NCBI GenBank assembly: GCA_905178155.1
Contig: CAJINV010000012.1
Location: 3,475,988-3,539,987 of the forward strand
Direction of reading: 5' to 3'
DNA from: Amoebophrya sp. A120
Taxonomy: Eukaryota; Protista; Dinoflagellata
DNA: 64,000 nt
Position numbers and translations under genes: made by a program. This document shows, one piece after another, positions 37,401 to 48,831 of this stretch (its first letter is position 1; each line of letters begins with the position of its first letter). Below the pieces are notes generated by a model. The model was not told where the DNA came from, ran no database searches, and worked only from the letters and a program-made list of their open reading frames with translations.

Positions 37401-40400
37401 GACCGGTGTTCGAGTCGCTGCTGTCCTCGTTTGTCATGCGCATGGCGCTATGCATTGCAAAAGTATCGTACTCGTATAAATGCATTACAAATTTGCTCAG
37501 CATGAGAAATGAAATTTGTAATGCGGATGTACTTTATGAGAAAGATCTGTAATGCATGACTCCATGACTCCAATTACTACGAGTGCGATACTTTTGCACA
37601 GGATAGGGGCTGCCGAGCTGGTTTTCGGTCCACGACGAAGACGATAAGGACCACGTGGAATTTCTGGAGTACCAGAAACACTTGAAGAACTATCTGAAAG
37701 TTCTGTTAAAGGTTGACGAATATGCATTGCAAAAGTATCGTACTAGTATGAATTGCATATACAAATTTGCTCAACCTGACTAAATTACCGATAGAAACCG
37801 GATTTGTCTTGCTAGTCTGGCATTTATAGTACGAGTACGACGCTTTTGCATTGCATAGCGAACAGATTGTGTTTCGCTGGATCCAGCAGGAATGCGAAAA
37901 TGTGGGCACGAAATACCTCCAGCACTTGATCTATTTTAGTACTTCGAATGCAGCTGGCGGAACGCCGACACCAGCAGCCACTCTGCATCAACAGCAGCCC
38001 CTCCCGGCGGCATTGCTAGTCGCGCCACACCATCCGGAGGCTGCGACGAATGTGTTCTGTGGGGCGGGGGGTCGTGGTGAATACAACAGCATCGGCGGGA
38101 TGATTTCTTCTTACCAACAACTGCAATACCTCACCGACCCGTCTGTGCTGTTGGTCTCCTCCTGTGCTGCAGTAGCTGCCACGACGGCTAACAAGTCTAA
38201 AGACCACGCTATGATCAATCAGTACGAAGCCTCGCCGAGTTACCTCCGCGCCCGGCAGAAGGAATTTCGACAAAGAGCGAATTACGACTGCGTTCCGGCA
38301 CACGTGGTGAGTTTCTGTGTGTGGCTCGAGACCCTCGCAGATTTGCGGGCAAAGGAGATACCGACGTATCAGACAAGCCACCCGCTGGTGCAAGTGGTAA
38401 CGTACCTCTTCTCAGAGCAGTTTCTGCAGAAATTGCCCAATGGAAGTTGTACTAGCGAAATAAATTTCGTCTCGACGTCGCGGTCACACTCAGCAGGTGT
38501 AGAGAACAACGCTGTTGTCCACGCCGATAATAATCACGACCAGATCCGATCCTCCAGCGAACGAGGCGGGTCAGCGTCTTCGTCCTCTTCCTACGCGAAA
38601 CTCCTTGACCAAGTGAAGCTGGCGATTTCAGATTTGATATGAAGTGCAAAAGTATCGTACTCGTATAAATGCATGACAAATTTCCTTAGCATGAGAAACA
38701 AAATTTGCAATGCGGATTTGCCTTGAGAAAAAAACTTGTAATGCATGATTGCAATTACTACGAGTACGATACTTTTGCACAGGATATTTGATCGTGAAGT
38801 ACAAAGTCATCGTGGAGAAAGACAACGGTAATAGTACCGGTAAGAGTCTGTTGAATATGCATTGCAAATATGTCTGGGTCTGGGAGGATCCAAACTTGTC
38901 ATGCTTCTATTTTTGGACTCTCAAAAATTTGTGTTGCATGAGCAGCAATAGCAATAGGAGTCCAGAAATTCCCCGTCCAAGTCTTGGACGGGGCATTTCT
39001 CATGCAGGATAGGCATCAAGAAGCACTCGGAAGATGCTAGGACATACATCACAGACGTCATGGGTGATGTAAGGCGTGCATGACAAATCTTCCAGTCTTC
39101 CAGACCCAGACATATTTGCAGTTGATATTGAAGAACGTGCTGCAATTTTTCGTCGAGAACCTCCAGAATCTGCGGATCCGGAAACGTGTGGCCTACAACT
39201 TCAACAAATTCGTGAAGAAAATCCGGTCCAGTCTCTCCACCGCGAGCCCGACCGCGGGTTTGTCGATAGAGATGGTGAACCACATTGCGTCCGCGAAATT
39301 GCTTCAAGTGCCGTTGGAGGTGGTCACCGACGACGCGGACGACTCGCAGGAGAACATCTTCGAGGCGTTGGGCGTGGTGACATGCGGCGTGGACGGAAAG
39401 TTCACCCGGGATTTTTTCCAAAAAATCCTCTCGGTACCAGTCCAGCAGCTGCAGGAACTAGTGATTTCGGAGAAGTTTGGCGGCAACGAACAGCAATTTT
39501 TCACCGCGTTACGGGATCGACATTTGGACTCCCCGTCGAAACTAGGATTGTCCCAGATCCAGCTCGATCCGGTCACCGCGGCGCACCAATTGGAACCCTT
39601 GCTCGGCAGTTACTGCTGCAGACTCTTTTCCTGCTTGTCTACCTTTTCCAAACCGTTCACCCAACTCCGACCGGATCTGGTCGCGGAATGGAGAGAACTC
39701 CTGGTTTTAATATCCAAGAAAAAAACATTGTAGGTGTAACTTTTTTGGAGGAACAGCATCACAAATTTGTCTGGCATGACAGCAAAAACCTGTCATGCGC
39801 AGATAGCACGTGAAAACGCCCTTTAATGGATCTTACGATGCATGCCAAGCATGACAGACGCCATCATCTTGCATGTTGCGCATCACAAATTTACATATAA
39901 CAGCGTTTTTTTCTTGGATATTTAACCGAGAAAGTGCACTCCCAGTTCGAGGCGGCGCACAAACCCGAGGTAAAGTCCGCCTTTCGGGTCTTTCTGCGGC
40001 AGATGATGCGGGTCCTGGACGCGCAGACCCTGTTCGAAGCTCTGTCGGTACTATTGCCGAAAATGTACGGCGTGGAGTTGAAACGGCTGGGCAATGTGGA
40101 AGAGGGAATCAGAAATAGTTGTCAGAGTGGTGGTGGACGAGGAGGTTCTTCATCTGCAAGCAGCTCTTCGTTCAACAGCGCAACGAATCAAAATCATAAT
40201 CAGGCCCCACAACAGCAGCAGGGTGGGCCTCTAATGATCGATAGCAGGAACAGAGAAGCCATATCGGACTTTACGAGCTGCAAAAGTATCGTACTCGTAG
40301 TGATTGCTGCTATGCATGACAAATCTCTTTCCTAAGGTAAAACAGCATTACAAATTTCAATTGTAATGCTGAGCTAATTTGTGATGCAATTTGTGCTAGT

Positions 40401-41798
40401 ACGATGCTTTTGCATTCGATAGACTTCATGGCGACGCAATTTGATGACATCCGCGACTTGACCAATTTCTCCAGTCACTTGACAGGTATAGAGTAGAACA
40501 TAATGATAATAGCGAACGATTGATCATGGTGCGACGCGGCTGATATGTTTTATGGAGCTCTTTTTTTTTAGTTGGAATTGTACTCCTTTACGCTCCTGCA
40601 CATAAATCATTCTCAACATCGTTCAAAATCCAGAGTGAATCAAACTTCCCCACAGCTACCAAGGAGATCCACGCGCCACCAGGCTCGGCGAACCCAGAGC
40701 AACAGCTCACAAGCCTCCAGGAGACCTTCTGGGCACAGAATCTGAGAACCGTGTTTTCTCTCCCCGCTCGGTACCTGAATTTCCAGAAGGAAGCACTGAT
40801 CCTTCCGGATCTCGGGTCTTCGTCAGCTGCTTCCGCATTCGTTTTGTCGTCCTCTAGTTCCGGCGGCGGCGACTTGATCTTCATCCGGCAAGAGATCATT
40901 GACCAACTATTGGACTTCTTCAAAAACTTGGCCCTCCGCTGTCCGGGTATCAAAAGCAAATGTGTCTGGGTCTGGAAAGTAGACCTCGTGATGCTACAGT
41001 ATGCTGGATAGGCTAGGGGCTCTCAAGTGCAGCAAAGCATGACAAGTTTATTTTACCTGACGCCATTTTATGCGTAGCACGCATGAAAAACTGCGTTTTT
41101 GCATGACGAAAAACAAAGTGGCGCCTTTGCTGGCCGTGCAATACAGATTTATTTTCAGGGCTACAAGACATGCAACAAAAATTCAACTTTTCATCCAGAC
41201 CCAGACATATTTGCAATGCATACCGGGCGTTTTGTCGCAGTTCCTGTCCGCGTATCCAGAGGATGTCTTCCGTATCATCGGCGCCATGCGGCTGGGCGAA
41301 ACCGCAACAAACCACGAAGCCGTGATGAAGCAAACGAACACGTTTTTGGAGCTTTGCGTGCAGGTGGTGATGAGGGGGGGAGAAACAGAAAGTGAAAGTA
41401 GAGAAACGCCGCTTGATGCAAGAACTCCAGGAGAGCAGGGCGCCGGCGAGCAGGACCGAAATCAGAAAGCAGCTTGTTGGTGGAAAACAGACGTGTTTCT
41501 GAGACACTGTTTCGCCCCGATATTCCAGCGGCTGTTGGCAGAAACCACGACGGGGACAACCGTTGTAGGCAGCACGACGAATAACAGCAGCAAAACCCCG
41601 GACGCAAAACGCGCATACACGGAAATCGGGGTGTTGGTGGCGCGGGATGCGGGCATTTGGGGAATCGCGAACGAGATTTTGACTGCAGCTGGGCTGAATG
41701 TCAGCGGGTTTTTGGAAAAATACCGGATTTTCGAAGCTGGAAGTAGAGACTACGTGCCTATTGGAAAACATTTTGCGGACGAAATGTTTCGGCTGTAG
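31482..41798 (+). CDS. XPOT: Exportin-T (tRNA exportin, Los1/PAUSED family, importin-beta superfamily), 24 exons
   Basis: Reassembled blocks resembling exportin-T: RQEAENF, NKNKLSFIY, RNRASVCKERIK..FFVNIW, DCLLAMKEFIPWVE, CCDVFDALLKRK, EFLEYQKHLKNYL, RIRKRVAYNFNKFVK, NIFEALGVV, VKSAFRVFLRQMMRVL. Confidence 0.75.
31596..31785. mobile_element. Introner family B (degenerate)
   Basis: DR acacg. Confidence 0.85.
31851..32108. mobile_element. Introner family A
   Basis: DR agtac. Confidence 0.9.
32229..32383. mobile_element. Introner family B
   Basis: DR tctgt. Confidence 0.9.
32427..32701. mobile_element. Introner family A
   Basis: DR actac. Confidence 0.9.
33120..33381. mobile_element. Introner family A
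   Basis: DR gacac. Confidence 0.9.
33485..33795. mobile_element. Introner family C
   Basis: DR aaagc. Confidence 0.9.
33990..34145. mobile_element. Introner family B
   Basis: DR cgcaa. Confidence 0.9.
34213..34536. mobile_element. Introner with family C TIRs and a different core
   Basis: DR ttgag. Confidence 0.9.
34621..34770. mobile_element. Introner family B
   Basis: DR aaaaa. Confidence 0.9.
34824..35088. mobile_element. Introner family A
   Basis: DR ctgtg/ttgtg. Confidence 0.85.
35146..35451. mobile_element. Introner family H
   Basis: ~50-bp TIR tatgccagcctcagaatggaaatcctcaaagtggaaatgatttg, DR tccct. Confidence 0.9.
35838..35990. mobile_element. Introner family B
   Basis: DR ctgga. 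Confidence 0.85.
36044..36364 (-). mobile_element. Introner family C (core reversed relative to 33485)
   Basis: DR gaaat. Confidence 0.9.
36663..36927. mobile_element. Introner family A (GT-AG compatible)
   Basis: DR ggagg. Confidence 0.9.
37108..37375. mobile_element. Introner family A (degenerate right TIR)
   Basis: DR cctct. Confidence 0.85.
37449..37605. mobile_element. Introner family B
   Basis: DR ggcgc/ggggc. Confidence 0.85.
37721..37857. mobile_element. Introner family B
   Basis: DR acgaa/gcgaa. Confidence 0.85.
38638..38786. mobile_element. Introner family B
   Basis: DR tttga. Confidence 0.9.
38856..39127. mobile_element. Introner family A
   Basis: DR ttgaa. Confidence 0.9.
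39711..39920. mobile_element. Introner family L
   Basis: TIR tatccaagaaaaaaac / gtttttttcttggata, DR tttaa. Confidence 0.9.
40272..40421. mobile_element. Introner family B
   Basis: DR gactt. Confidence 0.85.
40486..40571 (+). other. Canonical GT-AG spliceosomal intron (86 bp)
   Basis: CAG|GTATAG ... poly-T tract TAG|. The phase-1 join keeps the XPOT frame. No TIR or DR. Confidence 0.8.
40948..41222. mobile_element. Introner family A
   Basis: DR ccggg. Confidence 0.9.
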
Positions 41799-42579
41799 AT
41801 CATGGTGGATTTTGTTGTAGGAGGTGTTGAATGTTTTAGTCGCGAAGCCTGTTTTCCCGGCACCAGTGTAGTTTGACAACGTCTAATATGCGACGGCGAT
41901 TCCACCCGGCGCGAGTAACAACAACAACAAGACATAGTGCAGCAGCTGCACACGAAGATGCGTCCAGCTGTTCCTTCACCCCAATTATTCGCCCGAAGAC
42001 AGAAGTGGCATTGCTCTCTACTTCTGGTGACTGTTGGTAATAAGTTTATAATCCTCGGAACGAAACAAGTTGTAAGATCCAGATCATCACGCTAAAATCT
42101 CAATGGGGCATCACGACCTTTGAAGATGCCATGGATGAAAAACCCGGAGGTATTCTTCCCTCATCTAGTACTTGCTTTGGATGAAATGCCACTTTGTCCC
42201 CGTTGTTCCACCAGATCGCGATAGCTGTTTTTTGGTTCTCCTGCCCAGAAATACCAAACCCATGTCGGATTCCTTTTTCCTCGTCATCCTCGGTGTGCAA
42301 ATTTGCGAGCAGGAAGAGTGAGAGTGTTGATATTGTCGAGCAGGGTTTCGTGCAGCTACATGCCTACGGCTCGTACTACGACAGTCGTGATCCGAACAAG
42401 AAGAAGTGCGGTCAGCAATTCGAATTCTTTTTCTTGAACGACTCTTTCTGTGAACGGCACTGCTTAATACCTGATTCAACGTCCGTTGAGGACTCGAAGA
42501 AAAGTAGTACAATAGTTCATTGCAGAGAGCATGCAGGAGCATGGTATCCTTTGATAAAATGAAAGCGTCAACCGTATGA

Positions 42580-43690
42580 AAAGGACAGCAGGAGCACAAC
42601 TTTCTTCCTCCTGCCAATTTTCTGTGTCTTCCTCTTTTGGTGAAGTGGATCTTTGCTAAAATCGGCTTGCACATCCAGTCGAACTTTTTGCGGAAACAAA
42701 TTCGATCGGTTCTTCCATATCGCTGCACTTAATCCGCCTGAGAAGATGAAATATCAAATGAGGATCTTAAAAATAGCTCGGCTCACACGAAGATGGGCAG
42801 TTCCTCATCGGTTTAATCCAGGACCCTCAGCCTCAAAATTGTGTCTTCTAGTACTAGCTGTTATCCGTGTGACCGCAGTATATGTACACGAGCGCAGCCG
42901 TGCCGCTTGCTGTAGCAAGGGCCACAGACTCTAGAGCAGGGGAAGGAGGTGAGTGGGAAAGGAGGGAAAGGGGAAGGGAGCGAGCGGGAGAGGGGGGACG
43001 CAGAAAAGAGGGGGGGAGCCCGAAAGGGGGGGGGGAGGGGCAGGAAGGTGGAAGGAGGGGGGGAGCCGGGAAGGCGCTGCCAAAGAGAAGGAGAGAAAGC
43101 AGCAACGGGCTAAAAGGAAAGGGAGAAGAGGAGCAAAGACAAAGACGTGGAAACAGGGGAAAACGCTTTAAAGAGGGGTGAGCAGCAGGGGGGAAACGGG
43201 GGGTAATGCGAAAAAAGACGGGCATGCCAGGGCAGAGAGGTAGAGAGAAGAGCGGAAATAGGAAGCAGGCGGCATTGATGGGAATTCGGGGGGTTTGTTC
43301 CTCACGGTAGAAGGAATTCTCCGGACATGAGGTTCCCAGATGATTTCTGATAAGCAGTCTACGGCGTACTGCTCCACAGGAGGAAGCTTTTAGTAGAATT
43401 CCGTGCTCCGTCGGGTCATGAATCTTATCGTATCTAGTATGTTCCACATCGGTTTAACACGATGCGCAGTCCCTCATCAGTTTACTCCAGGATCCTCAGC
43501 CTCAAAATGGTGTCTTCTCGTATAAACCAAAGAAGAAATCGGCTTGGAAAAAGTTACGCACACGACGACCCCACGCAAGGATCCATCTCGGAAATGAATT
43601 CGATCAACGAAGATAAGATCTGCGCAAGAAGTATACTCAAAGGCTTTGCCATCTGTCGGTCAAGCAAGTACAACGAAGCATCGGTATAGA
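42580..43690. repeat. Diverged copy of 51421-51890 interrupted by an ~0.6-kb insert containing a purine tract
   Basis: Shared gtggatctt..catccagtcgaac..aatccgcctgagaag. The block ccaggayc(c/t)cagcctcaaaat is duplicated at ~42818 and ~43486. Confidence 0.7.
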
Positions 43691-43967
43691 AAGATGAATA
43701 AGCTTAAGCTGCAGAATGATCCATCGCTATCAGGAACGAGTGACAACATTTAGAGCTGTAGAGCCCTTGGCTCCTACGATTAGCCTCTCATCCTTCAGTT
43801 AGTTTATTTTGGTGCATTGGAAGCGAATCTGATTTAACGCAAAGAATAAGTATTCTTTCTTGTCTTGTGCTACGCTGGATCGAAATCATTTGTAAAAAAA
43901 AGCAACACTACTTTTTTTCCTACCACGGAAGCTACGAACTCAGACTCTGAAGCCATCGACAGTTTTG

Positions 43968-46382
43968 ATGTCTACGAAGGCAGTTGCAGTTCGTTCCAGT
44001 GAAAGTAGAATGTTGGTTACCACGAAAAACAAGGCGTCTGGCGGCCACGTCATGCTCTCGGCTCTGGCCGTGTTGGGGGCCGCGTACTCCGCGCCCGGCC
44101 TTGTGAACGGTGCGGGCTTGCGCCCCGCAGGTGCGACATCTAATTCTGAAGATCCGCCAGCAATCCGCGTATATCTTGGACTTGGCGGAAGCGTCGGTGG
44201 GACCTTGCCCAGGAGGCTCGACGCCTCTACGGCGGCACGTATGCTACACGACATGGCTTCGGGGCTAGCGCTAGTGCCAGCAAATGACAAAATCGTTTAC
44301 AACGGCCTTGCATGTCAGACTCAGACAGTTGATAGTTTGTTGCAGGGCCGTGCGGAGGATTTGGGCACTATCCTCCCACCCGGCACTGAGGAGATTAACT
44401 TATTCGCTGGAATGCCGGACTTGCTTGAGGAGATGCCTGCCGAAGGTGCGAGCCTTGGCCTTCCTGTCGATGGTGCAATGGATGATGAAGGCCAACTGGA
44501 GCAAATCTGCGAGGTCTTGCAAATCAACGCGGAGGACTTGCTCGAGGATCGGTACGCCGCACGGGCTAGAAAGAAGCACAAGCTCTCGGGAACTAAACTC
44601 GAGGACTATCTCGCGCATCTGCGCACGCAAGCGGAAGAGCACGTGAAGCGCACTCTTCCGGCCATCGGCAAGGAGAAAAACCCGGAACGCAAATTGGACC
44701 ACCAGCGCAAGTTGGTCAAGCTCATTTTTGCTTGGCGGAATTTAAACGGGTCCAAGGGCTGGGCGGGGTTTCCGGATATTGAGGAAACTAGACTGATTCA
44801 GATTAGCGCCTTTGCGATTATGGCGCTCTTCGGACACGCGCGAGCCAGCGAGCACGGCCAGAGCTACCCTTTTTTGTCGCCAACCCAGCTCGCGTTCAGC
44901 CACTTGTGTAGGTACTACGTCTTAGTGAAAGGGGAGTTTCGCGACGCTTTGAAGTCTGCCTGGGTCGCCCCGTTACCGGAATTCCCTCGCGCGGATCTTC
45001 AGGCATCGGATCATCCCCGTCGGATCTTCAGGCATCTAATAACCAACGTAGGTGGAATCGACATGAGCATGGCTGCCCTCGAACGATCCGCGAAGCGCTT
45101 AATGGAGAACGCAGCCCCCCCTCTCTCCCCTGCTGCTGACTGGGAATCACTACTACTACTAACGAAACAGGATCAAGCGAGGGTAGCAAGCTATCTAGAG
45201 GACATCGAAGCGCTGGCGTCCAGAGTCGAGCTTGGCGGTCCCGTCCGCTTTTTTGATGTCGATGGCATACTGATAACGGCAACCCGAGTGGGTTGGTCCG
45301 AAGAGCAAGAAGACGTCGACGAGTTTGCGGAAAAGTTCCACTTGGATGCTACCGGGTTTGGGGATCAACATAGTGAACATTTGCTCACATATGACCAGAT
45401 CCAGTCCGCGCGCGCGCACGCCGTAGAAGTAGAGTATGGATCTGTCAGGATTGAAATCGTCAAAGTTGAAATGATTTGCGGCCATGCATAAAATGCAAGG
45501 CATAAAGTGCCTGCCTTGCCGGGATGGCAAGGGGGGCAGATTGTGAGCCTATTTAGGGTTTGGGATAGAGCTGCTAAAAGAGCATGACAAAAGCAGTCTT
45601 CTGTGCCCAAACAGCATGACAAATTGGATTCCGGTGCTCCGAAGATTTGTCATGCGCCGCTTGAAAATTGGGCTTCCAACTGGTATCCATTTTATGCATG
45701 GCAAATCATTTCAACTTTGACGATTTCAAGCCTGACGCTTCCATATAGAACAAGGCAAGTCTAAGTTCGGCCAGTTTGTGCTCGAGAAGCTGAAGAGCGA
45801 TCTGGATGAGAAGGTGGAAATCATCATGAGAGCGGAGAAGGCTCGTCGCTGCGCTTCTTCGACCCATGAGCCAAACCGGGAAGCTACAACTACAAGTGAA
45901 GCGAATACGCAGCCCGCCGGTCGTACGGCGAGTACTACCGTGCTGTCCCAGACCAAGGCCGCTGTCAAGTTCAGGGCCAAGCGTGAGCGACGGCGTCGGG
46001 TTCGGCAGTACGCTTCTTCGCGCCGTGCGGTATGGATTGTAAAAATGTCTGGGTCTGGAAGAGTGCGCGATTTGTCATGCAGCTTTTCCATGACCCATGA
46101 GATGACCATGAGGTCTGGAATGCAGGTTCTAGCATGACAGATTCTGTGCGATCTCTCTCATGCCTCTCCTGCATGAGAAACTTCCTCCCGACTTGCTCTG
46201 GTAATCATGCAGCACAGATTTTTGCATGCTTTTTACTTCAATTCAATTCAATTCAGATTTAGCATGACAAGTTGCAATCTTCCAGACCCAGACACTTTTA
46301 CATTTGATACGCAGGTCCTCCGAGCACTTCTCGTGAAGCGGTTATTTCCCCAAGCGGGTCAACGTCTGAAGCCTTCCTTTGA
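43968..46382 (+). CDS. Hypothetical protein with hydrophobic N-terminal segment, 3 exons
   Basis: 508-codon ORF continues VEVE|QGKSKF and RRA|G after removing 2 introners. Stop is 46382, or 46389 if the GT-AG junction is used. Confidence 0.7.
45435..45745. mobile_element. Introner family G
   Basis: ~55-bp TIR tatggatctgtcaggattgaaatcgtcaaagttgaaatgatttg, DR tagag/tagaa. Confidence 0.9.
46031..46309. mobile_element. Introner family A
   Basis: DR tgcgg/cgcag. Confidence 0.8.
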
Positions 46383-46751
46383 GGCGTAGGCCTTCGGAAA
46401 GCCTCTCTTATTTGAACTTGTTACGCGATCTATCTCCTTTCGAAGAATTTCCTTTTGTTTCCGCACAACAACCAAAAGAGCACTGCGCCACTCATTGCAG
46501 AGCTTTGTAGGTTTATGGTCAGGCCGTAGCAAGAAGTCATGGCGTTCTGAAGAAGGAAAGAGTTGTGATGTTTGCGAGGAGCTCGCGATGAAGAGCTGGC
46601 GAATGGAGGAGAGTTCTTTTGATCTTGATCGAGAATTACTAAACATTCATCTCGTCTTAGGCGACGAGGACGCCGACGAAAAAGAAGAACGACGAACAAA
46701 AAAGTAGCTTCCAGCCCTCCGCAATTTTTTGCCGATCACGAAAAACAGTTT

Positions 46752-47326
46752 GACGCACTACCGAACCACGAACGCAGCGCCGTTTTTGCGTTTTTTGCCT
46801 TCTTCAGGATATTGATATATATTATAAGGAGCAGCTACTAAAGATAAAGAAAATCAGTTAGCAAGATATTGCAGTGCCTGAAGTTCAGGCAACAGGTACA
46901 GCGTAGCTCAGGTAGCGCCAGTGACTAAAAAAGTCAGCGCCTGAAGTTCAGGTAACAGATAGCAAGCTAGCAGCAGTTAGTTTACTAAAAGAAATTCTGT
47001 GACGGTGCCGTTGCGTGTCCCGATCATGTTCAAGAACTGCCAGCACTAAGGACGCGCGACGCACCACCGAACCACGAACGCAGCGCCGTTTTTGCGTTTT
47101 TTCCCTTCAGGATAAGGGGCAGCTACTAAAAAAAAATCAGTTCGCAGGATACTTCAACGCCTGAAGTTCAGGCAACAGGACAGGATAACTCTGCAGGTAG
47201 CAGCAGTTACTAAAAAAAAATCAGCACCTGAAGTTCAGGTAACAGGATAAGCAGAAGTTAGTTACTAAAAGAATTCCTTCGATGTCGTTGCGTGTCCCGA
47301 TGTTCAAGAACTACCAGCGCTAAGGA
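46752..47326. repeat. Tandem duplication of a ~300-bp unit with internal cctgaagttcagg palindromes
   Basis: Copies start at 46752 and 47058 (gacgcac.accgaaccacgaacgcagcgccg). Confidence 0.85.
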
Positions 47327-47346
47327 TATGATCAATGTGTCGTCGT

Positions 47347-48163
47347 CGTAGAAGTTTATCGGAAATTTCGAATTTTCCATGGCTCGGAACCTCCCAATAG
47401 AATAGCTCGCCAGAAAATTTTAGTTGATTTCACTGGGGAATGATTTTCCTTTCCGGGCACCTGACCGCGTCCGACACAGCTACATCGCCGGGCAAAGCGG
47501 TCCGACTACACCTGCGGAGAAGTTGATGTCCCACCTTTGGGCCGCCCAAAAGTGAAAGCTAAAGCTTCAGGTTGAAAAAGTGAAATCTCGCTCAGATTTC
47601 ACTTTCTGAGAAGTTGAGGCAGTCGTAGTTTTGGTCGTTTGTCAAAAAGTGAAACTTCACTGAGATTTCACTTTTTGAGCGCATTTTTTGAAAGATCTCA
47701 CTTTTGGGCCACCCCGCCCAAGCGTGAGATTCCGAAAAAAGTGAAATCTCACTGAGATTTCACTTTTTTTCAGTGCCGCACTGAAAAAGGGGTGAAATCT
47801 CACTGAGATTTCACTTTCTGCACTGGAGCCCAGTGCGCCATGGAAAGTGAAATTTTTCAAAAAGTGAAATTCCAGTGAAGTTTCACTTTTGGAAAGTGAA
47901 ATTTTGGAAAAAGTGAAATTTCACTGGAAAGTGAATTTTTTCAAAAAGTGAAGTTTCACTTTTTGAAGGTCTCATGTTTTAGCCGCCCAAAAGTGAAATT
48001 TTTCAAAAAGTGAAACTCCACTGGAATTTCAGCCATTTCTCAGTGGCGCACTGGGCTCCAGTGCGGCACTGGAGCCCAGTGCGCCACTGGGAAATGGGTG
48101 AAATTCCAGTGGAATTTCACTTGCGTCGCCGGCGTAGAAGTTTATCGGAAATTTTGAATTTTC
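47347..48163. repeat. Array of palindromic AAAAGTGAAA..TTTCACTTTT units bracketed by a 31-bp direct repeat
   Basis: cgtagaagtttatcggaaattt[c/t]gaattttc at 47347-77 and 48133-63. Units such as aaaagtgaaatctcactgagatttcactttt. Confidence 0.85.
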
Positions 48164-48831
48164 TTCAGGCGAAAATTTTCTGAATGCCAGCCCAGCATCG
48201 TGAGTTGAAAAAATGACGACCAGGATCGAGAAGCGTACAAAGGTCCTCTAATCAATCGAGATGATCAGATCCACCTCGCGCACTTCACAAAGGAGCGAAA
48301 TTGAAAATCGCGGTCAATAAAAAAAGAAGTATAATTCGAAAATGAACTTGAACCCACCTTTGAAACAAATGCAAAATCCTTGAAGCTGCATCGAGAATTA
48401 ATTTCAAGTCAAAAGAAGTAAAAGATCAAGCTCAAGATCCTTTTTGTATGTTGCGATCTCTAACACATGGCACACATGACCACAAACCTTGAGTATCTAT
48501 GAGTGGTTGTGCGCTGTGATCTCCATGTATGATGTTTTTTCAAGAGATTTTCCATAGCTTTATAAAATCCAAAGTTGAAGCTTCCTCGCACAAGAAAATG
48601 AAAAACGAACCTGCTTCAGTTTCAGTAAACTTTTGCGTAGCTGCTTCTAGCTCTATTCACAAGACCACTTTCACATAATCAAATTAGATTTTTTGTTCGT
48701 ATCATACACGTGCTTCTTCATCTTCTCGAGTATTCTTTCATTACAACTCTGAACTTTCCTCTCCTTGTGTTACTCAATATTTACTTCGGACTCGCTCGTT
48801 CGTGTCGCAAAGAAACACCAGATCGCCCACC

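Noticed and set aside
24608-41798. Fragmented ORFs as TE-killed pseudogenes
   Set aside because: Every junction restores the frame and exons carry no stops, which is implausible for dead genes with 15-22 insertions.
42854-43447. 197-aa Pro/Leu-rich minus-strand ORF
   Set aside because: By-product of the purine tract.
43968-46382. Long ORF as the autonomous transposase
   Set aside because: No recognisable DDE, HUH or tyrosine-recombinase motif and no flanking TIRs. It is itself interrupted by introners.
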